IMG/VR virus record: IMGVR_UViG_2526164666_000046
Strand: one strand, 5' to 3'
Length of the DNA stretch: 26,551 bases
DNA from: a virus
Taxonomy: Duplodnaviria; Heunggongvirae; Uroviricota; Caudoviricetes
Shown: positions 1-7,849 of the stretch, in pieces
Layout: every line of letters begins with the position of its first letter
Position numbering within the stretch: the stretch's first letter is position 1
Notes under the pieces: generated by a model
Seen by the model: only the letters and a program-made list of their open reading frames with translations
Database searches by the model: none
What the model was told of the DNA's origin: nothing
Position numbers and translations under genes: made by a program

Positions 1-90
1 CCCACCGCTGACGTGGTGTATGACACACCCGTTGTGATTTTTCCATCTGGTACATACCCCGTCTCCCGTTATCCGGAAGCTGACAACAAT

Positions 91-119
91 AAAAAAGCCA
101 CCAGTTAACTACTGATGGC
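91..119 (-). terminator. Putative rho-independent terminator downstream of the small late-region genes
   Basis: Minus-strand hairpin GCCATCAG-(7 nt)-CTGGTGGC (one wobble pair) at plus 97-119, followed immediately by U6 (plus A-run 91-96); lies 13 nt past the stop of the 132..404 gene. Confidence 0.4.
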
Positions 120-131
120 CCTGACTCCCCG

Positions 132-404
132 TTACAGCATCATGACCGATTCGGGTTGAGGTTCAGTCGCATCGGCGACCGGTGATTCAGGCTGAACTTC
201 ACCGCTCTCTGCGGTGGTATCTCCCGCTTCAGTCGGTGGCTCTGCCTGTACACCAAGCAGCTCATCCAGAATGGCATCAACCTCTGCATCAAGACGCGCT
301 TCCAGGTTATGGCGAAGTTTTTGTTCAGTTGCGCTCCGGACTTCTTCAGAGCGCAGGACTTCCTTCACTGCTTCAGCAGTGACCAGGGATGTAATTTCTG
401 ACAT
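132..404 (-). CDS. Small acidic hypothetical protein (90 aa, MSEITSLVTAEAVKEVLRSEEV...), lambdoid late-region accessory protein
   Basis: ATG at 404-402 inside the 132..578 track ORF; the upstream 58 codons of the track ORF overlap the neighbouring gene and look non-coding. Acidic Pro/Glu-rich C-terminus. No family assigned. Confidence 0.5.
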   Translation of the reverse strand: MSEITSLVTAEAVKEVLRSEEVRSATEQKLRHNLEARLDAEVDAILDELLGVQAEPPTEAGDTTAESGEVQPESPVADATEPQPESVMML

Positions 405-444
405 GGGATTTTCTCGTCGAAAGATGTGATTAAGAAAGTTGCCG

Positions 445-624
445 CTAAATGAGCGGCTCTTCGGGTTTGCTTCCGGCTGACTGACTGGCGCTGATTTTCT
501 CAGCGGCCCTTTTTGCAATCTGTCTGCGCCAGACGTCACGCATGGCCCGGTATCCACCCGAGAGGAGATACAGCACACAGACCACCGTACAGAAGTACAG
601 CATTAACTGGTTCAGAAATGTCAT
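445..624 (-). CDS. Small single-pass membrane protein (59 aa, MTFLNQLMLYFCTVVCVLYLLSGG...)
   Basis: Below the 60-aa cutoff of the ORF track; ATG at 624-622 with GGAAAG 8 nt upstream, stop TAG at 447-445; one hydrophobic helix followed by a basic tail. Function unknown. Confidence 0.4.
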   Translation of the reverse strand: MTFLNQLMLYFCTVVCVLYLLSGGYRAMRDVWRRQIAKRAAEKISASQSAGSKPEEPLI

Positions 625-722
625 AATTTCTTTCCGTTATTGTTGACAATAAGAACTGTTTTCATTAAAAAACCAGAGTACGAAAGTATCGTTCCTTTAT
701 TTTTTCTCCATAGGTATCACCA

Positions 723-758
723 CCGCCAGCGTCCATTCCTGTCGCTGGCGGTTTTTTT
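723..758 (+). terminator. Strong plus-strand intrinsic terminator (9-bp GC stem + T7) in a minus-strand intergenic gap
   Basis: CCGCCAGCG (723-731) / loop 732-742 / CGCTGGCGG (743-751) followed by TTTTTTT (752-758). Not usable as a minus-strand terminator (no U-tract on that side). Confidence 0.5.
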
Positions 759-759
759 A

Positions 760-1446
760 TCATGCCGCAGTGTCTGTGCTGTTCACTTCCACCGCAATGC
801 TGTCTATCAGTACCGGGTAAGTCGCACCTCTGGTAATGTCTGTCACATGCAGTTTATCCGCCGCAAAGGCACTGACCGGTGACTGCGTCAGCGTGAACGG
901 TGTGCCAACCTGACCATCAATAACCGGCGTCACCTGAAGGCTGTTATTCCCGGCAAAGCGGAAAGCCAGCGTATGCCATTCGTTATCAAATGCGCCAAAG
1001 GTTCCCAGTTTCAGGTTGTTTGTCGCCACTTTCGCATTGTGGTACATCACATTCAGGTCTTTTGCATCTGTCTGGATGTAGAACGCTGCCAGCAGGTTAT
1101 TCCCCCCGTCTCCGGTCAGGGCAACGCCCTGTGGCAGTGAAGATACCGGCCAGTAAAACGCCATAACATACTGGTTCGCAGCCAGCGCTCCCGAAACCTT
1201 AAAGCGGCAGCGAATCTGCCCCCCTTTCTGTAACAGAGCCGCACCGTTGCCCGCGGCGTACTCCAGCACCCAGCTGCTTTTACCGGCTTCCTTGGTCAGC
1301 TTCACTGCCTTACCTCCGGTTCCCTCCGCATCGCTGACCACTTCTGCCCTGCCGCCACTGGCTGACCATCCCTGTACTTTCAGGCTTCCCTCTGACTCGC
1401 TGGCAAGGTAAGAGAGCAGTGCTCGCGACGCCTGTGGCTTCTGCAC
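760..1446 (-). CDS. C-terminal domain ORF (228 aa), probably the displaced 3' portion of the upstream esterase gene; possible carbohydrate-binding domain
   Basis: Open frame with no ATG (the track 'M' is GTG; first internal Met near residue 94); overlaps the esterase frame by 67 nt; Gly/Ala/Thr-rich beta-type composition. The two-piece layout fits a frameshifted long esterase gene. Confidence 0.45.
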   Translation of the reverse strand: MQKPQASRALLSYLASESEGSLKVQGWSASGGRAEVVSDAEGTGGKAVKLTKEAGKSSWVLEYAAGNGAALLQKGGQIRCRFKVSGALAANQYVMAFYWPVSSLPQGVALTGDGGNNLLAAFYIQTDAKDLNVMYHNAKVATNNLKLGTFGAFDNEWHTLAFRFAGNNSLQVTPVIDGQVGTPFTLTQSPVSAFAADKLHVTDITRGATYPVLIDSIAVEVNSTDTAA

Positions 1447-2699
1447 CGGAAGGCGATGACGGGCGCACCTCTGATACTGTCGATGATGCCCCCGCGTTTA
1501 GCGCCACTCTTCCCGCATGGCGCAAAATCGCCGTTGCCAGGACGGCCGGAAATAATCCCGCGGCGAGCCCATGAACTGAAATGGCTCGCCCTGTCCTGTG
1601 ACGTCCAGGTGGCTGAGCTGTCACGCCATTTCGAACCGTAATATCCGATACCCGGAATGTCCGGGTCTTCTTCCGGTTTGTTCGTCGGCACATTCACCCC
1701 GTTCTCATCCGTCATGAACGGTACGAAATGGATATTCTTTTCCGTTTTGTTTTTGTAGCTGCCGTACACCGTCTGGTACGAGGATTCGTTCTTCTGCTTC
1801 CAGAAATACGTCGTATCTCCACATATCCAGGGAACACCGCCAGCAGAGCCACCGACGCACTGACCTGCCATATCCGCCAGGTCTGCACGGAATTTATCAA
1901 CCAGCGCACCAAACTGTGCTGCGTGATTTACCGGCGTACCGCCAAAATCAAATTCCCCCTGCATCCACACCACGGCAAACAGCACATTTTTCGGGTTCTT
2001 CTTCAGTGCTGCTTTTGTTCGACCGATAAGGTCCTTATACAGCGGCTTGTCCACACCCCAGCGGGTTGAATTCTCCGAGGCACCACTCGCGTCACTGTAT
2101 GTGCCATCGGCTCCGGTGGTGAACGCTGAACCACCACGACAGCACGGAACCAGCAGAATGCCCGCATTCGCCGGTATAAACGGCAGCAATTTTTTGGCGA
2201 TATGCAGCCCTTGCCCCACGGTTCCGTACTGCCCCTTTGACAGGTCCGCTTTCGGATGGTTAAGGCGGCTCATGTCCTGCACATCATGCAGACAATGGTC
2301 CGCCGGAATGATGTCGTTATATTTGCATGCTGCACCGCCCGGTGTCACCGTACTGCGGCGCGCCAGCTGCTTAATACGCGGGTCCGGACGGTCATATGTC
2401 TCCGGCAGCGGAAGGCCTTCACCATATGCCATGCTGTTTGACTGCCCCGCCAGAACCACAACAAAGTAATACTCCGTGTCTCTGGTGGCGCTGATTACTG
2501 TGCCTTCTCCATCCGACGGCTTCACCAACACAGGTGTGGTGACATCACCTTCCGCCGCAATGGCCTGCATCAGAGTATAAGGCGTGATGGCCACCGGACT
2601 ACCAAACGGCTGCCAGCCCTCTTTCAGTTTGTGTGTCAGCTTTTCCGCAAGGTCTGACGGCGACGCCGCCCTGACAACATCATAATGTTTAATCGACAT
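1380..2699 (-). CDS. DUF1737 + SGNH-type esterase, NanS-p-like sialate O-acetylesterase (prophage late-region accessory gene)
   Basis: ATG at 2699-2697 (MSIKHYDVVRAASPSDLAEKLTHKLKEGWQPFGSPV, DUF1737-like N-terminus) with GGGAG 8 nt upstream; esterase block VVVLAGQSNSMAYG (GQSN catalytic-Ser motif). The last ~80 codons (R/C-rich) look out of frame. Family assignment from memory of prophage NanS-p proteins. Confidence 0.65.
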   Translation of the reverse strand: MSIKHYDVVRAASPSDLAEKLTHKLKEGWQPFGSPVAITPYTLMQAIAAEGDVTTPVLVKPSDGEGTVISATRDTEYYFVVVLAGQSNSMAYGEGLPLPETYDRPDPRIKQLARRSTVTPGGAACKYNDIIPADHCLHDVQDMSRLNHPKADLSKGQYGTVGQGLHIAKKLLPFIPANAGILLVPCCRGGSAFTTGADGTYSDASGASENSTRWGVDKPLYKDLIGRTKAALKKNPKNVLFAVVWMQGEFDFGGTPVNHAAQFGALVDKFRADLADMAGQCVGGSAGGVPWICGDTTYFWKQKNESSYQTVYGSYKNKTEKNIHFVPFMTDENGVNVPTNKPEEDPDIPGIGYYGSKWRDSSATWTSQDRASHFSSWARRGIISGRPGNGDFAPCGKSGAKRGGIIDSIRGAPVIAFRCRSHRRREHCSLTLPASQREA

Positions 2700-2925
2700 C
2701 GAATTTCTCCCGTGTACAGGAACAGAGTTAAAAAGCGGAACCGGAATCAAATTACAGGATGGCCATCTGCCAGTGGCTGGTCGTAAAAAAAAGGCCAACG
2801 CCATGCGCAGCCGGAAATAAAGGGATAACGATGATAGTTTGAGAAAAACAGAAACAACACTTTTGTGGCAAAGCATGGTGCCGGGTGCCTCCCGGTGAAT
2901 TCAGTATCAGCACCTGAATCCGCGA

Positions 2926-3577
2926 TTATCCCATATACCTGGTTGCTGATCGCCCCTCCGCACAGGGGGATTCACCATGCAGTAGTATTTTTAATAAACA
3001 GTAAACAAAAAAATCAAGCATTATGCAGGCTGTTTCTTTTATCACCGGCCACAGCAATACCACAATGCCGCAGACCAGCACCCCATCCGCCAGCACCGAC
3101 ATGATTCTGCTGGTGAAATCCACCATCACCACCAGAAACAGCAGGAGTGCAGCCACAGCCAGGCGCAGTTTTACCGCACAGGTGATTCTCCAGACGAAGA
3201 CCCAGAACACCGGCAATCTCTTCCAGCACCTTGCGCTCTTCCGGCTCAATTTCGCCGTCTGCCTCCGCAATGGCCACCGCCACATCCAGCACATCTTCCG
3301 CTTCACGCGTATCGTGTTTCACATCCTCGATCTCACGTAACGCCGCACGACGTACCATTTAAGTTCGTATCCAGCTGACCGATAATGGTTGCGCTAATCG
3401 CATTAATTTCTGACGTAAACGCGGACAGCGCAGGCTGATTACGCAGTACCTGTTCGATCTTCGCTTTCTAGGAAGCCTCACATTCACCATCTGCACAGGC
3501 CACCAGGTAGGCAGCATTAATAACCGCCTGTGCCAGATCGCGTTTCTCAAACTTTCCTTTTTCCGGTTAACATGACA
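2926..3577 (-). pseudogene. Decayed TerB-domain (tellurite-resistance TerB-like) gene followed by a hydrophobic segment
   Basis: TerB-like sequence is split over three frames: ...KGKFEKRDLAQAVINAAYLVACADGECEAS, in-frame TAG (plus 3468-3470), KAKIEQVLRNQPALSAFTSEINAISATIIGQLDTN, frameshift near 3340-3358, VRRAALREIEDVKHDTREAEDVLDVAVAIAEADGEIEPEERKVLEEIAGVLGLRLEN, then another shift into a transmembrane-like stretch (2926..3306 ORF). No intact start codon. Confidence 0.5.
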
Positions 3578-3671
3578 TACCAATAACTCTTGTCTAAAAA
3601 GCCAGCAAGATAAAAAGCCAGTATTCACGACCACCAGCGTGTTTACTGTACTGCACAAGGTTTACAGGTAC

Positions 3672-3689
3672 AAAAAAACCGCTCAGCGG
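3672..3689 (-). terminator. Putative minus-strand intrinsic terminator (candidate tR'-like site)
   Basis: Minus strand reads CCGC-TGA-GCGG followed by U7 (plus A-run 3672-3678). Short stem, so low confidence. Confidence 0.35.
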
Positions 3690-3814
3690 CGGGTTTAAGT
3701 TGTGTGGCGAAGTAACCACTCTTAACACGATATAATACTTTTTGCGTACGCGTTAGGATTTTTATAAACTATGCGTCCCCATTCTCGCTATCTTTAGTCG
3801 GTCCTGGAATACAC

Positions 3815-4261
3815 ATGAAAGTTAGAAGCATAGGATTTACAATAAATAACAATAACAAAAATATTAATACCGTTGACGTAATGAATGCTTTTATCAACGC
3901 ATCAAACAGAGAACACAGTCGCACAGACTATACTCGTAAAATTCTCATTTCGGATGTGAATGATTTCTATTATGGATTAGTTGTCACATTCAGAAACCAA
4001 AAAAAGAACTGTAAGTCGCAATTTGTTGATGGTAAATTCCAGCTTAAAATTGAAGATCTTCAAGGAAGTGACAAACTTGCTAATTTCAACTTTTTCTTAA
4101 TTAAAAAATCTAATCTTTCTGGTCTCTATATGTATCACCACGGTTCATGCAGTCTGAACACTCTCTTTTCTCATTTAGAAACAATAAGTAATGAATTTAT
4201 CAGAAATCAAAATAAAGAAGAAATAAAAAACTTGGTGATAAACCAAAACAAAAAGAAGTAA
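3815..4261 (+). CDS. Hypothetical protein (148 aa), first gene of the AT-rich Q-proximal cargo cassette
   Basis: Very AT-rich ORF with Asn/Lys-rich composition; TATAAT-like box about 80 nt upstream. Its frame and the next ORF's frame are both open across an A6 run (4225-4230), so this may be the N-terminal part of a ~270-aa protein. Confidence 0.45.
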   Translation: MKVRSIGFTINNNNKNINTVDVMNAFINASNREHSRTDYTRKILISDVNDFYYGLVVTFRNQKKNCKSQFVDGKFQLKIEDLQGSDKLANFNFFLIKKSNLSGLYMYHHGSCSLNTLFSHLETISNEFIRNQNKEEIKNLVINQNKKK

Positions 4262-4305
4262 CTGCAATAAATAAAAAATACAAAGAAAGACTGACTTTCA
4301 GCCTT

Positions 4306-4629
4306 ATGACAAATAAAAACAACATTCAGAGTGTTTTATGTCAATTCAAAGAGATTAAAAGCACAAGCTTTAAATTTAATTATATAGATTTTAAAGGTGG
4401 ACCAATGACTGCGCTTGAACAATTTGTTAACACCACCACAATAGATATGAATTTTAATTCTAGCGACAGAACAAAAGTGCAACAACTATCTCAGAATCTT
4501 TCAAATATTTATAATTCTATGAGTGGAGTTGCTAAAGCACAGGTTATTGCAGTAAACCATGCAGGAATAGAAAAAACCATTGATTTTATGAACTGCCCTG
4601 TTTTTTTGAAACATACGATTTCGATATAA
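4306..4629 (+). CDS. Hypothetical protein (107 aa), possibly the C-terminal part of the preceding gene
   Basis: Weak RBS; its frame is open upstream to 4216 and overlaps the end of the 3815..4261 frame. Same composition as its neighbours. Confidence 0.4.
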   Translation: MTNKNNIQSVLCQFKEIKSTSFKFNYIDFKGGPMTALEQFVNTTTIDMNFNSSDRTKVQQLSQNLSNIYNSMSGVAKAQVIAVNHAGIEKTIDFMNCPVFLKHTISI

Positions 4630-4725
4630 TTGCCGATAAAGTCAATGGATTGACAAACGATAATTATACAACAAACCCTGTTTTTGATATGATAAAAGAA
4701 GAAATGCTGAACGGGACGAATAAAA

Positions 4726-5274
4726 ATGCCTTTATATGAATGGCTAATAAATAAAAGATTGAGGTATCAGTACCTTACACTGCTTGCATTCTCGATCCTG
4801 GCATTGCTTGCACTTTACCTATTGTACAGAAACACACCTAAAGTAAGTGTTAACTTTTTTGAGTTTTATCATAAAAACTTACGAGGCTATCTCTTCTCCG
4901 GTTTTATTTCCGTGGGCTCATTTTTATTGAGCCTGCATACCTTTGTCATAATAAATTTACGCGATAAGGTTTTTGCAACTCAGGAATATAAGGAAATTTA
5001 TAGCATTGCCACTGGTATACCTATTGACAAAATCAATGATAGTGTACTTTATAAACCTTTAGACAATTTATCCTCATTTATTAATACATCAATATTATGT
5101 TCTATCACAACAGCAATTGCACAATTCACTATTGGACTTTCAACTAATTTATATGCATGCTTATTTTGCGTATGGCTTGCAATACTAACGGTATTTCTTT
5201 TATTACATTGCCTCATCATAATCAGACAAAATATTAAAATTTTATTAAAGCAACAGAGAAAAAAAGGGGGGTAA
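4726..5274 (+). CDS. Four-helix integral membrane protein (182 aa), last gene of the cargo cassette
   Basis: Four hydrophobic segments (YQYLTLLAFSILALLALYLLY; LFSGFISVGSFLLSLHTFVII; ILCSITTAIAQFTIGL; LYACLFCVWLAILTVFLLLHCLIII) and a basic C-tail; stop lies in the loop of the hairpin at 5266-5281. Confidence 0.55.
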   Translation: MPLYEWLINKRLRYQYLTLLAFSILALLALYLLYRNTPKVSVNFFEFYHKNLRGYLFSGFISVGSFLLSLHTFVIINLRDKVFATQEYKEIYSIATGIPIDKINDSVLYKPLDNLSSFINTSILCSITTAIAQFTIGLSTNLYACLFCVWLAILTVFLLLHCLIIIRQNIKILLKQQRKKGG

Positions 5275-5288
5275 TTCCCCCTAATATT
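5262..5288. terminator. Bidirectional hairpin terminator between the convergent membrane-protein gene and Q
   Basis: GGGGGG (5266-5271) / TAATT / CCCCC (5277-5281), flanked by an A-run on the plus side (5259-5265), which gives U7 on the minus strand directly after Q. Confidence 0.5.
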
Positions 5289-5628
5289 ACAACATTGAAA
5301 GCACACCATCCAGAAAACCAAGAGCTGTTTGCAACTCTTTTCTTATTGTCCCATCAGAACACTTCTGCTTCTTTGCAATAGTTCTTAGTGAGATGCCGAT
5401 AACAAAATGAGCAATAACCAACTCATACTCTTCGGGCTTATATTTCCGCAATCGCGCAACACAGCTGTCAATCATGATTCCTTCATCATCATCGCATTGT
5501 TGGCGTGTTTTCTTTCCATGAGGTAGTAAACCTTTAAACCCTGCAGCAACAGGCTGCCAGTCCACACCACTGTTATCTGCTGCAGCCCATGCACCCCAGC
5601 GGTCCAATACTTCATACATATCACGCAT
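5287..5628 (-). CDS. Late-gene antiterminator Q (Phage_antitermQ family, QuuD-like)
   Basis: MRDMYEVLDRWGAWAA...VDWQPVAAGFKGLLP...QQCDDDEGIMIDSCVARL...IAHFVIGISLRTIAKKQKCSDGTIRKELQTALGFLDGVLSML closely parallels the remembered E. coli QuuD sequence. Start taken at the ATG at 5628; the track ORF offers 5643 as an alternative. Confidence 0.8.
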   Translation of the reverse strand: MRDMYEVLDRWGAWAAADNSGVDWQPVAAGFKGLLPHGKKTRQQCDDDEGIMIDSCVARLRKYKPEEYELVIAHFVIGISLRTIAKKQKCSDGTIRKELQTALGFLDGVLSML

Positions 5629-5645
5629 CAACTTTCTCCACAAAA

Positions 5646-6641
5646 TCAGGCCAGCACGCCAATTGCCAGTGCACGATCGATAAAACGAAATATCAGCTCC
5701 AGCTGGGAGCCATACTTCTCTTCAAATGCCACGGTATCCGCATGCAGCTCGTCGTGATGCTTTCTGCACAAAGGCAACACAAAGAGGTCATGCGCTTTTG
5801 TAGCCATTCCACCCTGACCGTGACCTATCAGGTGGTGGGGATCATCAGCAGGTTTTCCACAACATGCGCACGGCTGCGTCTTAACCCATCGCGTGTACTT
5901 TTCATTAACCCAGCGGCGACGTTTTGGGCGTAACATAAAAGACTCCGGCGACTCCGGATCCACTTTCAGCGCCAGCACCTTTTTCGCTTTATCCTGGATG
6001 ATGCTGGTGGCAGGAACCGAAGGCACAAGGTCACTTTCCCGGGTGACAGACGGCACAACAGGCTTCGGTAATCTCAGTACCTTACGGGCTGCACTTTCCG
6101 GTAAGGCATCCGCCAGATCATTACGAATCAGCCACCAGCACAGTTCCGGCATTGTCACAACGTGACTGTCATCAAAACCGAGATCCCGACGCACGACAGA
6201 CAACACCCAGCGGGCACAGTTATCCGTTGCCATTGATTCCAGCCGTTCCGTGAACTGATCGCGCAGCTGGTTATCGCAGTGCCAGCACAGACGGATTGCG
6301 CCCGGCGCGTGTCGCATTGTGGTCATGTTCTCGCTGTGCCAGTCGGAATGAGGCCACTGGCAGCCTTTTTCACGAAGTAACCAGCTTTCAAGACATTCCA
6401 CGCCACCAGCACGACGGATCACTGCCTCATTGCGGAACACGGCCCGAACGGCAGGATCATCCGCCAGCGGTTGTGATGCCGCCGGAACGGCACCACTGGC
6501 GAAAGATGAATAACGTTCCGGCTCAGGCTCCAGCAGGACACGCCCCTGCATAAACAGGGGCATCAGCTCTGAACCTGGCCTGAACAATACGATCCCCATA
6601 CGCGGGGCAATTTCAGGGGTCAGTAGCGCTCTCACGGTCAC
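5646..6641 (-). CDS. DUF968-family phage protein (YdfU-like) with HNH-like Cys/His cluster
   Basis: C-terminal QPCACCGKPADDPHHLIGHGQGG...LPLCRKHHDELH motif pattern; position just upstream of Q as in Qin-type prophages. Start uncertain (GTG 6641/6635 or ATG 6599). Confidence 0.6.
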   Translation of the reverse strand: MTVRALLTPEIAPRMGIVLFRPGSELMPLFMQGRVLLEPEPERYSSFASGAVPAASQPLADDPAVRAVFRNEAVIRRAGGVECLESWLLREKGCQWPHSDWHSENMTTMRHAPGAIRLCWHCDNQLRDQFTERLESMATDNCARWVLSVVRRDLGFDDSHVVTMPELCWWLIRNDLADALPESAARKVLRLPKPVVPSVTRESDLVPSVPATSIIQDKAKKVLALKVDPESPESFMLRPKRRRWVNEKYTRWVKTQPCACCGKPADDPHHLIGHGQGGMATKAHDLFVLPLCRKHHDELHADTVAFEEKYGSQLELIFRFIDRALAIGVLA

Positions 6642-6642
6642 C

Positions 6643-7440
6643 TCAATGAACGGTATCGAGCAGCTTTAACAGCTCAGGGAACCGGGATTCGAAGAAATGC
6701 GGCTGCGTCTCGCGCGGATTTGCGGGACTGGTGATGTTCTTGCCGAACATGCAGCCTTTCGCCGTCAGCGACCAGAATTTTTTGATGTTGTTAATCGCAG
6801 TGCGGCTGTATCGTTCACGTTGTTCAACGATCCCCAGCTTCGCCATCTGGTGATATGCCTGATTAGCTGTCAGGCGGATACCATACTGCTTCAGCAGTGC
6901 ACTCAGTGACAGCGTGGGGCGGCTTGAGCCATCAGGCGCGTCAGCAGGAGCATCAATGGCATAGCGCGGTGCCAGATTCGGTAAGCCAACAGCCTCCTGG
7001 AGTTTCTGACAGGCTCCAAGCACTGATGAGTTAGACAGGTTTAATTCCCGGCGCATAAAGTCCAGCAGGATCACACCAGCCTGCATCTTGTCAGCAGCCT
7101 GTCCGGATAATTTTTCCGGTGCGCTGGTTACCATGTCGAAAGTACGGATCACCTTCAGATGGAATGACGGGCTGATCCACATTGCATAGGCATACACCAG
7201 TTCTTTGCAGACATACGTCCCCTGGCTATTTCCGCCACGAATAACGTTAACTGGCTCTATATTGACCGAGTTGCAAATCTGCAACTCGCTTATTAAACGT
7301 TCAGTTTGCTCATTGCGGAGCCAGAATGCAGGCTTATGCTTATCCAGAGAACCGGCAGCCCTGTGCAAATCGTTCAGGCTGTAACGACCATAAGCATCAC
7401 GACGAACTTCAATACCATCAATGACCATCAGATTATTCAT
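6643..7440 (-). CDS. KilA-N domain phage protein
   Basis: MNNLMVIDGIEVRRDAYGRYSLNDLHRAAGSLDKHKPAFWLRNEQTERLISEL fits the KilA-N N-terminal pattern as I remember it; ATG at 7440 with GAGGAG-type RBS. Confidence 0.55.
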   Translation of the reverse strand: MNNLMVIDGIEVRRDAYGRYSLNDLHRAAGSLDKHKPAFWLRNEQTERLISELQICNSVNIEPVNVIRGGNSQGTYVCKELVYAYAMWISPSFHLKVIRTFDMVTSAPEKLSGQAADKMQAGVILLDFMRRELNLSNSSVLGACQKLQEAVGLPNLAPRYAIDAPADAPDGSSRPTLSLSALLKQYGIRLTANQAYHQMAKLGIVEQRERYSRTAINNIKKFWSLTAKGCMFGKNITSPANPRETQPHFFESRFPELLKLLDTVH

Positions 7441-7459
7441 ACTTCGTTTCTCCTCTTGA

Positions 7460-7849
7460 TCAGGCGGCTGCACCCGCCGTTTTCTCGTACTTACTGATAG
7501 TGATCTCGACCTTCCCTTTCGGGATAACCGGTCCCCACTCCACCAGCATTCTTTTCACCTGTCTGTCGTCTTCCCACACACCCGCGTGGGTCAGGGCGTC
7601 AAACAGCGCCTTGTTATAGTTGTCCAGATCGCGGATCCGGTTATCCGGAGGAAACAACACGATCTCCACTGAAGCAGGTGCCGACGTTGGTTTCGGCAGA
7701 CGACGTAACTGCTCAACTATTGCTGCGCATGCCGCGCTCTGGAATTTGCGCCCCGCTGCGCTTATCAGACTCTTACCAGCAAACGCCCCTTTGTTGGGGT
7801 GTCGCCAGTACGTGTTCACGCTGGGCGGGAAAGGCAGGATCAGCTTCAT
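7460..7849 (-). CDS. rusA: Holliday-junction resolvase RusA
   Basis: MKLILPFPPSVNTYWRH...RDLDNYNKALFDALTHAGVWEDDRQV matches the RusA signature (PPS.N.Y; D.DN; FDAL). Start ATG overlaps the upstream stop (ATGA). Confidence 0.85.
   Translation of the reverse strand: MKLILPFPPSVNTYWRHPNKGAFAGKSLISAAGRKFQSAACAAIVEQLRRLPKPTSAPASVEIVLFPPDNRIRDLDNYNKALFDALTHAGVWEDDRQVKRMLVEWGPVIPKGKVEITISKYEKTAGAAA

Noticed and set aside
182-429. Plus-strand ORFs 182..382 and 214..429
   Set aside because: They are antisense to a better-supported minus-strand gene, have no RBS, and show low-complexity Ser/Ala/Arg-rich translation typical of GC-rich antisense frames.
1728-2469. Plus-strand ORFs 1728..2069, 2047..2469 and 2256..2441 inside the esterase gene
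   Set aside because: They are antisense to a gene with clear catalytic motifs and a good RBS, and have no starts with Shine-Dalgarno sequences.
3359-3658. Minus-strand ORF 3359..3658 as an independent gene
   Set aside because: Its translation is Arg/Cys-rich nonsense; the TerB-like sequence sits in the other two frames, so this ORF is a by-product of the decayed TerB-like pseudogene.
2700-5287. Shiga toxin or other known toxin genes in the Q-to-late interval
   Set aside because: This is the position where stx sits in Stx phages, but none of the ORFs here resembles an A-subunit N-glycosidase or a small B-subunit with a signal peptide; the interval holds the AT-rich cassette and a TerB-like pseudogene instead.
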